A stretch of DNA of 64,000 bases, taken from an uncultured delta proteobacterium. GTDB lineage: Bacteria > Desulfobacterota > Desulfobacteria > Desulfobacterales > UBA11574. The notes under the pieces are model-generated. The model was not told the DNA's origin and ran no database searches. It saw only the letters and a list, made by a program, of their open reading frames with translations. Where the stretch lies: contig CAWBNO010000034.1 in assembly GCA_963790095.1 (NCBI GenBank), forward strand, positions 180,681 to 244,680, in the 5' to 3' direction. Below, piece after piece: positions 49,278-56,690 of the stretch (position 1 is the stretch's first letter; the number at the start of each line of letters is the position of its first letter). The translations under genes and the position numbers were made by a program.

Positions 49278-49391
49278 AATTAAGATTTATCCCGCCTGTT
49301 GGAGCGTAGCGGAAATCCCGTTATCGGGGCTCCGTAGGTAGTTTACTATCCTACTGGGGTTAAACGGTGTTGCTTGTATTTAACTGGGATC
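49278..49391 (-). repeat. R element copy A (structured interspersed repeat)
   Basis: The 95-nt core TATCCCGCCTGTTGGAGCGTAGCGGAAATCCCGTTATCGGGGCTCCGTAGGTAGTTTACTATCCTACTGGGGTTAAACGGTGTTGCTTGTATTTA is shared with copies B and C. The stop codon of ORF 49360..50631 lies inside it (GTTAAAC). Confidence 0.85.
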
Positions 49392-50631
49392 CACCTCTCC
49401 TGTCTTTCCCTGCCTGTTGGGCGAATACCCGGAATCGGCGTGCTTCCTCCTCGTTTCCCATCGAAGCATATATTCGGCTGATCTTCTGAAAATATAACGG
49501 AGCATTTTTCGGATCATCCTGAACCAGGGAAAGATACATTTCCATAATCCCTGAAGAATGCTGGCCTAAATCAAAGCTGATATCTGCGAATCTTCGTTTG
49601 ATCAGAGGATCGGTTCGGGAATGACAGCTGCGGCACTGATCCATAATTTTGGCATATAAATCCCGGGCGCTTTCAAGGTCTCCCAATGTCTCCAATGTGC
49701 CGGCAAGGGCAATCGATAGTGGTTGGTTCCATCCGTATGCTTCCATGGAATCTTGATATAAAGAGGCGGCTTCCGGATGCCTCCCGGCCTGAGATAGGGT
49801 TTCGCCACGGAGCAGGACATAGGCCAAAGAGTTTTTAAGGTCATCCGGACAATCGGCAAGAAGGGTTTCAGCCTGATCAAAAGCCCCTATTTCCCAGTAA
49901 ACCTCGCAAAGCAACTGATAACCCGGCAGAGCATCCAGATGATGTTTGAGAAAGGTCTCCAGCAGACGGCGGGCTTCATCCAATTTCCCAAGGTTCAGGT
50001 TGGCCGTGGCCAGCTCAAGGGGGATAATTGAATCCGGGGCAGGGTTCTCCTCCAAGGCCTGTGACAGTTTATCGGCTGCAAGATCAAAGTCTCCCCGGTT
50101 CAGTGCAAGATAACCGGTTTTAAAGGACCCTCCATAGGAAATGTAGGCCTCCTGCACCTCTTCGGGCAGTGCACTGCAGAGTGCCATAAAAGTCTCATCG
50201 TCCTGATCACCGGTGAATGTCTCGTCATCGCCGAGGGGAGTCAGGTCAGATTGAGGCACTTCCATTTGAATATCTCCGGCTGTGATGCGCTCAATCTCAT
50301 GCATAAGTTTCTCAACAGCGGATATCAATGCAGGGTCCCGGGTCAAGTCGAGGGCCAATTGAAGAAGCCTCCTCGCCTCATCGTAATATTCGGCCTCCAT
50401 CAAATCTTCAGCGGCCTGCCGGTGTTCGTGTGCCAGGGCCCCTTTGGCCTGAACCAGTTTATCCCGAAGCCTTTTTACTGAAGCATCATCAGCCGATGTT
50501 TTTTCCAATGCGGCCAGAGTCTTTTCGAATTCAAGTTTTGCCCTGCCCCAATCGGAGACCTTTAAAAAGGCATCACCCTTCTGCTCGGTCTTTCCAGGAT
50601 CTTGACCGAAAAACTTTTTGAGAAGTCCCAT
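49360..50631 (-). CDS. TPR repeat protein
   Basis: 423 aa with multiple 34-aa A/L/Y-patterned repeats. The C-terminal 8 residues (QLNTSNTV) are encoded by R element copy A. Confidence 0.75.
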   Translation of the reverse strand: MGLLKKFFGQDPGKTEQKGDAFLKVSDWGRAKLEFEKTLAALEKTSADDASVKRLRDKLVQAKGALAHEHRQAAEDLMEAEYYDEARRLLQLALDLTRDPALISAVEKLMHEIERITAGDIQMEVPQSDLTPLGDDETFTGDQDDETFMALCSALPEEVQEAYISYGGSFKTGYLALNRGDFDLAADKLSQALEENPAPDSIIPLELATANLNLGKLDEARRLLETFLKHHLDALPGYQLLCEVYWEIGAFDQAETLLADCPDDLKNSLAYVLLRGETLSQAGRHPEAASLYQDSMEAYGWNQPLSIALAGTLETLGDLESARDLYAKIMDQCRSCHSRTDPLIKRRFADISFDLGQHSSGIMEMYLSLVQDDPKNAPLYFQKISRIYASMGNEEEARRFRVFAQQAGKDRRGGSQLNTSNTV

Positions 50632-50919
50632 AAGCTCAGAATCCTTTTGCCCTTATCAAGAAAGGAGTTGTAAATGAGTTGATTCAAACAATTATCACAA
50701 ACCGTCTCCCATTCCCGATATCATATCCTCCAAGACAGCATCCGATTAATATCATTGAAGATTGGGTTTGTAAATCTTGAACTTTTGGGGATCTTTATTT
50801 GGACGATGTAATGAAACGTATTTAACCGGTGCCCCCCTTGTTTTCCAGGAAATGGGTAAGAAACAGGATGAGGCTGGAGCCAAGCTCCAACTCCATCCCA
50901 AAATCGGAACGGAATACGA

Positions 50920-51153
50920 CTACACTTTTAAGCAGAACATGGTGTGTGTGTCTCTAATGCCGCCAATGACTCTTATCTTGTCATATGTCACAGAAAGCAT
51001 ACTGGCGTCATCAGGAGTCTGTACCTCAGCCACGATATCAAAACGCCCGGCAGCCAAATAGACATTTTTTACCCCTTCGATTTTCTTGACTTGACCAGCG
51101 ACCTCACGGTCGACACCCGGATTTGACTTAATTAGAATAATTGCCTTTGCCAT
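50920..51153 (-). CDS. Stand-alone Lrp/AsnC-type ligand-binding (RAM) domain protein
   Basis: The likely start is ATG 51153 (RBS GAAAGGAG). Product: MAKAIILIKSNPGVDREVAGQVKKIEGVKNVYLAAGRFDIVAEVQTPDDASMLSVTYDKIRVIGGIRDTHTMFCLKV, 77 aa with no HTH. Confidence 0.7.
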   Translation of the reverse strand: MAKAIILIKSNPGVDREVAGQVKKIEGVKNVYLAAGRFDIVAEVQTPDDASMLSVTYDKIRVIGGIRDTHTMFCLKV

Positions 51154-51179
51154 GATATAATCTCCTTTCAAAGTAAAGG

Positions 51180-51207
51180 TTCTTCTCCAATTTAGTTGAG
51201 AGAAGAA
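51180..51207 (-). terminator. Hairpin with a U-rich tail (possible intrinsic terminator), related to 49046-49076
   Basis: TTCTTCTC-N12-GAGAAGAA. On the minus strand it is followed by CCTTTACTTT. It sits between R element copy B and the RAM-domain gene. Confidence 0.35.
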
Positions 51208-51210
51208 GCA

Positions 51211-51335
51211 CAATTAAGATATATCCCGCCTGTTGGAGCGTAGCGGAAATCCCTTTATCGGGGCTCCGTAGGTAGTTTACTATCGTATTGGGGTTAAACG
51301 GTGTTGCCTGTATTTAAATAGGATGCGACCCCATG
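51211..51335 (-). repeat. R element copy B
   Basis: 4 mismatches to copy A over the 95-nt core (hand alignment). The minus-strand 5' part ACATGGGGTCGCATCCTATTTAAATAC supplies the last residues (GSHPI) and the stop of ORF 51314..51904. Confidence 0.85.
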
Positions 51336-51904
51336 TCTTCAGGCAGCACCTCACCGAATTCCACACCGATTCCCTGGGAATCAATCCGAACCACTTTACC
51401 ACTCACTGTCAGGTCTTTTTCGGCTCGGGAGAGAGAGAAGGTCATTGTGATCTCCTGACCAATTTTAAAGCTGAAATCGGTATGAATAAAGACACCGCCA
51501 TGACTTAAATTCTGAATGAAACACATATAGGTAAAACCGTTGGTGGAGACTTCGACAGGCGCAGAAAAAGGTCTTCGGGGAAACTCCCTTAACTCGGTGT
51601 GTTTGGAACGATACCAGTTGGTCAGCTTTTCCAGAAGTTCCCGTCTTTTTGCTTCAGATATACTGGTAATGAGCGATGACAGGTCTTTTCTATGTTCGGT
51701 TTTGGATAATTTAGATTTTAATACGGAGTTAAGGTTTCTCCGTTCAGCTTCGGACATGAAGGAAATGATTTGAAACAACAGAGAGTTTACCTCATATATA
51801 TTAAATTCCTCTTTGTTGTTCGGCATGAATAGAATCCTTATCTCGTGTCTTTCGTCTATAATCTCCCGAATGCCTTCTTGAAATATCGAGGATATCAAAA
51901 GCAT
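51314..51904 (-). CDS. PilZ domain protein (C-terminal PilZ, N-terminal helical region)
   Basis: 196 aa (alternative start at 51826, MPNNKEEF). Contains the PilZ motifs PRRPFSAPVEV (RxxxR-like) and IQNLSHGGVFIHT (NxSxxG). Confidence 0.7.
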   Translation of the reverse strand: MLLISSIFQEGIREIIDERHEIRILFMPNNKEEFNIYEVNSLLFQIISFMSEAERRNLNSVLKSKLSKTEHRKDLSSLITSISEAKRRELLEKLTNWYRSKHTELREFPRRPFSAPVEVSTNGFTYMCFIQNLSHGGVFIHTDFSFKIGQEITMTFSLSRAEKDLTVSGKVVRIDSQGIGVEFGEVLPEDMGSHPI

Positions 51905-52008
51905 ATAATATTAAGGAATTAATGTCAATCGACACAGATCGCATCCTCCAGAACAAATGGGCAGGAATGAGGTTTAGAACCTAATTGACTTGTTTGTGGA
52001 TGTCCCGT

Positions 52009-52227
52009 TTATTTCCCAAAGTCCGAAAAAGACGGGCCGAAACAAGGATCAAGCATACCACCCGCTCCGGTATACTCTTCTCGCATTCTCATGGTGGAGG
52101 AAGACATTAGTTTCGCCACATTCTTACCCTGGCATTCGGGGCATTGGGGGGGGGGATCATTGGAAGACAGCAATAGTATTTCAAAGCAGTGAGAACAGTC
52201 TTTACACTCATAGTCATAAATTGGCAT
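52009..52227 (-). CDS. FmdB-family zinc-ribbon protein
   Basis: MPIYDYECKDCSHCFE...PPPQCPECQG. This is the second paralogue in the window. Confidence 0.75.
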   Translation of the reverse strand: MPIYDYECKDCSHCFEILLLSSNDPPPQCPECQGKNVAKLMSSSTMRMREEYTGAGGMLDPCFGPSFSDFGK

Positions 52228-52521
52228 TGGCTCCTCCGCAAAAAAATAACAGTTGATTAATCAGAAGCCATTTTTATAACACCAATATCCAAAATTAATC
52301 AATCTTTATATTTAATGGTCGATCCGATTGCCAGACAAGCAACTTACAAACTTATGTTCTCAAATCCACACATATGATTAACAGAATTTCAATTTGGGGC
52401 ATCACGTCACGGGGGGTTCATGTAACCATGACAAACCTGATTCCATATAGTTATATTGTTGGATACAGGTATTATTAGGCGTCATGTCCAAATATTTGGC
52501 AAAATAAATCCTCCGAGAGAT

Positions 52522-52650
52522 TTAATTCAAAATGGTAAGAAATTTCGAACCATTTAAAATCTCTGTGGAATAACTTATTACGGCAAAGGTAATGTACGAT
52601 AAAGACATAAGGCTAGCGATAATTAAGATTAGGGTATTCATTGTTTTCAC
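52522..52650 (-). CDS. Possible 42-aa hydrophobic peptide
   Basis: Not in the ORF track. AAGGAGGTGCAACA precedes the GTG at 52650. Product: VKTMNTLILIIASLMSLSYITFAVISYSTEILNGSKFLTILN*. One predicted TM segment. Speculative. Confidence 0.3.
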   Translation of the reverse strand: MKTMNTLILIIASLMSLSYITFAVISYSTEILNGSKFLTILN

Positions 52651-52784
52651 TGTTGCACCTCCTTTATGCTTTGAGGTGTCTTCATTTTCTATAAAAAAGA
52701 TGATTTGTGTTTCACCATAAAGTTAATGCCACTTTGTGGTATGTCAAGGGTCATTAGAATTACCCCCGGGGTATGCACTGAAAG

Positions 52785-52821
52785 GATAAAAAGAGACCCC
52801 TGCCAGAATGACTGACAGGGG
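52785..52821 (-). terminator. Intrinsic terminator (minus strand)
   Basis: The minus strand reads CCCCTGTCAG-TCATT-CTGGCAGGGG followed by TCTCTTTTTATCC. The stem is 10 bp with one mismatch. Confidence 0.65.
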
Positions 52822-52857
52822 CTATGTTCTTTGTCAGATGAATTTGATCTCTGTTAG

Positions 52858-53071
52858 CTCGTTTCCATCCATAAATGGCTATTTTTCCGATGAGCGGCGT
52901 TCTCCGCGGATTTCCGTCCTCGACGAACAGGCGTACGCCTCGGGCGAAAACCCTTGTGCCTGCCCCGTGAAATGCGAAGCATATTTAACTGGGTCGGCCT
53001 TGCTCATCGAAAAAACATCTCATTTATGAATTGGAAACTACTCAGTACTCGAATGTGTTTATGGATGGAAA
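52858..53071 (-). ncRNA. Candidate structured RNA / degenerate repeat between the PilZ gene and the terminator
   Basis: Long-range complementarity: 52862-52875 pairs with 53058-53071 (14/14) or alternatively with 53021-53038 (imperfect), and 52882-52895 pairs with 53002-53015 (13/14). There is a central palindrome AGGCGTACGCCT. It contains GGATTTCCG-N9-AACAGGCG (52908-52933), the inverse of the R element module, and TATTTAACTGGG (52982-52993). Confidence 0.35.
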
Positions 53072-53081
53072 ATAGTTCATT

Positions 53082-53402
53082 TTACAAGGCTTTTAAACTC
53101 TCAATCTGACATTCTCTGTCAAATTGAATCGCAATACCGTGAGGGGAGGAACGCACCATGCTTCCTGTGCAGCAAGTCAGACTCTCTATATCGTTAAATT
53201 CTTGAAGGTTGTCAGACGGGATGGTGAAATCCAGTATAAACCGTGTCCTATCCGGAAAAGAAGTTAGTGTAACAATGAATGTTCCAGAATAAGATATGTC
53301 TCTGGTTTCAAGGTCTAAAACCTTTTTTCTGTCTAATGATATGGTTTCCAGTCTCACAGGGAGAGGAATTTTTAGCCTTGTATATTGACGTCTCTCTTCC
53401 AT
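53082..53402 (-). CDS. PilZ domain protein
   Basis: 106 aa with ERRQYTRLKI (RxxxR) and TRDISYSGTFIVT (DxSxxG). Confidence 0.7.
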   Translation of the reverse strand: MEERRQYTRLKIPLPVRLETISLDRKKVLDLETRDISYSGTFIVTLTSFPDRTRFILDFTIPSDNLQEFNDIESLTCCTGSMVRSSPHGIAIQFDRECQIESLKAL

Positions 53403-53576
53403 TGGAAACCCCTTTCGTGGGTGAGGTTAAATACCGATAAAACGTTAGAATAAGAAGCTCTGAAAAAACAATATGGTCTTAATGTTTCGGTTTCAATCAA
53501 AAATATCAACATCAAAAATCCTATTTCGAACCACGAAAAGGGAATATATTCAGATTTTTTAGCACTGTTCAAACTC

Positions 53577-53697
53577 TATCTATCCCGCCTGTTGGAGCGT
53601 AGCGGAAATCCCGTTATCGGGGCCCCGTAGGTCGTTTTCTATCGTACTGGGGTTAAACGTTGTTGCTTGAATTTATTTGGGATCCGGCCCCCATGTC
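53577..53697 (-). repeat. R element copy C
   Basis: 6 mismatches to copy A over the 95-nt core. It begins about 30 nt after the stop of the TPR gene 53728..54240. Confidence 0.85.
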
Positions 53698-53727
53698 GTT
53701 TTTAATTTAAGGGGCCCGAAAGTTCCC

Positions 53728-54240
53728 TCACTTCATCTGTTTTTTAACTTCCGAAACCAGTTCCTGATGCCGATAATTGTCCGGATCTTCTGCAAGCGCT
53801 TTTTCTCCCCAGTAAAGTGCGTTTGGCCAGTCCTTTTGCTGACGGTAATTTTCCGCAATGACATATAGTATATGCTTTAACGGTACATTTCTGACTTCAT
53901 GAGGCATATCGAGCACCTTCTTGAAATCGGCTAGGGCAAATTCGTGATTCTTTTTGACCGTGTAACAGCTTCCCCGGCCTATCAGGCTTTCCTCGTCGTA
54001 TGCGTCCAGTGCCAAAGCACGCGAGTATAACAGAATCGCATCGTCTAACCGTCCTTCGATCTCGGAAATTTTACCCAGATAAAAATAGGGATTGTCGCCG
54101 TCCTTATGGCGATAGGCAGGATCTATCTCAACAACTGCTTCGAATGCTCGAACAGCCCCAACACCGTCCGGCTTGTTGAAACATCTTATGCCTTCATTAA
54201 ACCAATCGGCCGCAGAACTTCGTGTGTCGTCGTTATCCAT
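53728..54240 (-). CDS. TPR repeat protein
   Basis: ORF 53728..54381 with a likely ATG at 54240 (MDNDDTRSSAADWFNEG). Contains several TPR-patterned repeats (YFYLGKISEIEGRLDDAILLYSRALALD...). Confidence 0.7.
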   Translation of the reverse strand: MDNDDTRSSAADWFNEGIRCFNKPDGVGAVRAFEAVVEIDPAYRHKDGDNPYFYLGKISEIEGRLDDAILLYSRALALDAYDEESLIGRGSCYTVKKNHEFALADFKKVLDMPHEVRNVPLKHILYVIAENYRQQKDWPNALYWGEKALAEDPDNYRHQELVSEVKKQMK

Positions 54241-54427
54241 GGTTAACCTTTCAAACCTTTGCAGTCTAACCCCACCCCCGGAGTTTGCTGATTTGAACCG
54301 AATTGAACGAAAGTCGGGGCTTCCCCGCCTTTGACGGTGATACGCCAGATTCCCAGCGTCAAGGAAAGATCCGACCCGCAAATCAATTTATGTTTTTATC
54401 AAACATTATTCGCTATTCAAAATTTAT

Positions 54428-54504
54428 TAAACTTGACGGTTTCGTAAAAAGTCTTTTGTGAGCGACATCGAGCAAAATCAGACTTTTTACGAGTTCATCA
54501 AACT
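54428..54504. mobile_element. Foldback MITE-like repeat (TCGTAAAAAGTC family), short 77-bp form
   Basis: AAACTTGACGGTTTCGTAAAAAGTCTTTTGTGAGCGACATCGAGCAAAATCAGACTTTTTACGAGTTCATCAAACTT. Confidence 0.8.
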
Positions 54505-54550
54505 TAATATGTTAAGAATGTCCCCTAATACAACCTGTATTATTTAGGCA

Positions 54551-54739
54551 TCAAGATCCATGAGCAAAAAGTTTATGATATTCATCGTGAGTAAGTTTGC
54601 CATTTTTATCCAAATCAGCTGCTTTAAATCTTTCATTATCATTTTCGAAAAATTTCTCAAACTCCTGAAAGGTTACTTTACCATCATTTGTTGCCCTTAC
54701 CCTTACTCTTCCCTTTGCTCTTACACTCGGGTTTTTCAT
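54551..54739 (-). CDS. EF-hand pair protein (62 aa)
   Basis: NDGKVTFQEFEKF and DLDKNGKLTHDEY are Ca-binding-loop-like sequences. No signal peptide is visible. Confidence 0.55.
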   Translation of the reverse strand: MKNPSVRAKGRVRVRATNDGKVTFQEFEKFFENDNERFKAADLDKNGKLTHDEYHKLFAHGS

Positions 54740-54912
54740 TGTAAAGATTATGGCATTGCTTTAAGGCATGGAACTCTTTTGAACCGGGCTTTATACCCAG
54801 ACTTTTCGCAATTGCGCCCCAGCCCCTTATCTTCAATAATTAACAATTAAGATTTATCCCGCCGGCCCTGCCTGTCCAATGGAATGTTTTTGAAGTTCTT
54901 ATTCCATGGGGT

Positions 54913-56535
54913 TCAATCTGCGAATATTAACGGCATGGCCTCATCGTGGATCTGCTGCCAGCGTTTTTCTCCGCCAAAGCTTTCAATATAAAGCTTCATC
55001 TTGGGTTCTGTCCCTGACGGACGGATGGCAAACCAGGAACCGTCAGCGATCACAACCTTGACCCCGCCGATGGCGGCTTTGTTTCCCGGAGCGGTTGTCA
55101 TCACCGCCGTAATGGGCAAACCTGCCATTTTGGTGGTTTTTATGGCGTCGGGTGTCAGGTCTTTTAAAACCTTTTTTTGTTCATCCAAAATCGGGCCGTC
55201 CACTCTTTTGTAATACGGTTCTCCATATACGGGAATCAGTGTGTCCCGATAAATTTCATCCGGTGTTTTGCCTGTCTTCGCCAATATCTCGGCCGCCAAA
55301 AGCGTCATGCAAAAACCGTCTTTGTCCGTGGTCCACACGCTGCCGTCTTTTCGCAAAAATGATGCGCCGGCGCTTTCTTCACCGCCAAAGGCAACGGTTC
55401 CGCTGAGCATGCCGTCAACAAACCACTTGAACCCGACCGGAACTTCGTAAAGTTCTCTTGTCAACCCGGCAACGACCTTGTCGATCATACTGCTGCTGAC
55501 CAGTGTTTTGCCGATTGCCAGATCCTTCCGCCATGCGGGCCTGTTCTGCAAAAGATACCAGATGGCCACCGACAGGTAATGATTCGGGTTCATGAGGCCG
55601 GCGGGACATACAATACCATGTCTGTCAAAATCGGAATCATTTCCCCAGGCGATATCGAATTTGTCCGCCATGGCAATCAGGTTGGCCATGGCATAGGGAG
55701 AGGAGCAGTCCATCCTGATTTCACCGTCCGAATCAAGGGTCATAAATCCGAAGGTTGGATCGACCTCCGTGTTAACGATCTCCATATTCAGTTTGTACGT
55801 TTCGGCAATGGGTCCCCAGAAATGCACCCCGGAACCACCCATGGGGTCCACGCCGATACGGACGCCCTGCTTTTGAATGATATCCATATCGATAACCTGC
55901 GCAAGGGCGTCAACGAAGGGTGTAATGAAATCCTGGGCGCGGGTCGTGCCGGCTTGACATGCTTTCTCATAGGGCATCTTTTTAATAGGCGAACCGCCGG
56001 AATTCATCAGCTGATTGGCCCGGTCCTGGACCCAGCCGGTGACCTCCACGTCTGCAGGACCGCCCTGGGGAGGATTGTATTTGAAGCCGCCGTCCCTTGG
56101 TGGATTGTGAGAGGGCGTGATCACCACGCCGTCTGCAAATCCTTTGGTTTTCCCCTGATTATATTCCAGAATTAAAAAGGAAATGACCGGCGTTGGGGTA
56201 TATTCGTCTTTGGAATGGATCACCACGTTGACTTGGTTGGCGGCAAAAACTTCCAGAGCTGTCCTGAATGCGGCTTCGGAAAGGGCATGGGTGTCGAAAC
56301 CCAGGTAGAGCGGACCGGTTATTCCCTTTGATGCCCGATATTCGCAAATGGCCTGAGCGGTTGCAGCGATATGCATTTCATTAAACGTGCCCTTGGTGGA
56401 GCAGCCTCTGTGCCCTGAGGTTCCGAAGGATACAGGGCCGGATGGTTTTAGGGTATAGTAAGAAGCAACCAACCTGGGAATGTTGTCCAGCATAGACTTC
56501 AAGGCGGGCTTTCCGGCCAGTTGATGCAGTTTCAT
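54913..56535 (-). CDS. pgm: Alpha-D-glucose phosphate-specific phosphoglucomutase
   Basis: 540 aa with GTSGHRG, the active-site loop TPSHNPPRDGGFKYN, DSDFDRHG and GEESAG. Confidence 0.93.
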   Translation of the reverse strand: MKLHQLAGKPALKSMLDNIPRLVASYYTLKPSGPVSFGTSGHRGCSTKGTFNEMHIAATAQAICEYRASKGITGPLYLGFDTHALSEAAFRTALEVFAANQVNVVIHSKDEYTPTPVISFLILEYNQGKTKGFADGVVITPSHNPPRDGGFKYNPPQGGPADVEVTGWVQDRANQLMNSGGSPIKKMPYEKACQAGTTRAQDFITPFVDALAQVIDMDIIQKQGVRIGVDPMGGSGVHFWGPIAETYKLNMEIVNTEVDPTFGFMTLDSDGEIRMDCSSPYAMANLIAMADKFDIAWGNDSDFDRHGIVCPAGLMNPNHYLSVAIWYLLQNRPAWRKDLAIGKTLVSSSMIDKVVAGLTRELYEVPVGFKWFVDGMLSGTVAFGGEESAGASFLRKDGSVWTTDKDGFCMTLLAAEILAKTGKTPDEIYRDTLIPVYGEPYYKRVDGPILDEQKKVLKDLTPDAIKTTKMAGLPITAVMTTAPGNKAAIGGVKVVIADGSWFAIRPSGTEPKMKLYIESFGGEKRWQQIHDEAMPLIFAD

Positions 56536-56690
56536 TGGCTTTTTTCCTTTTTATTTAAGGGACATCTTAACTTATAAACGTCCTTGTTCGAGCAGGAAAT
56601 ATTGATTCCTCCTGGCCAGGTTTTCACCCGCCCCCCCTGTTTTAATCAAGAATCAAGATTTTACCCCAGACCAAAAATTAACAATTAAGT

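Noticed and set aside
49102-49341. 79-aa ORF spanning the long MITE and R element copy A (also 4387..4578 and 1220..1420 inside other MITE copies)
   Set aside because: These ORFs lie wholly inside repeat sequence. The reading frames are not conserved between repeat copies.
49278-53697. R elements as integron attC sites (a CALIN-type cassette array)
   Set aside because: The ORF-plus-structured-repeat layout is suggestive, and the element contains GTTAAAC (fits GTTRRRY) and ATTTAAC (fits RYYYAAC). However, these are only 13 nt apart and in the wrong order for R''...R'. No GTTRRRY occurs at the distal end of any copy. The two extremities of the element are not complementary, and no intI is in the window. 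The idea is kept only as something to test with an attC covariance model.
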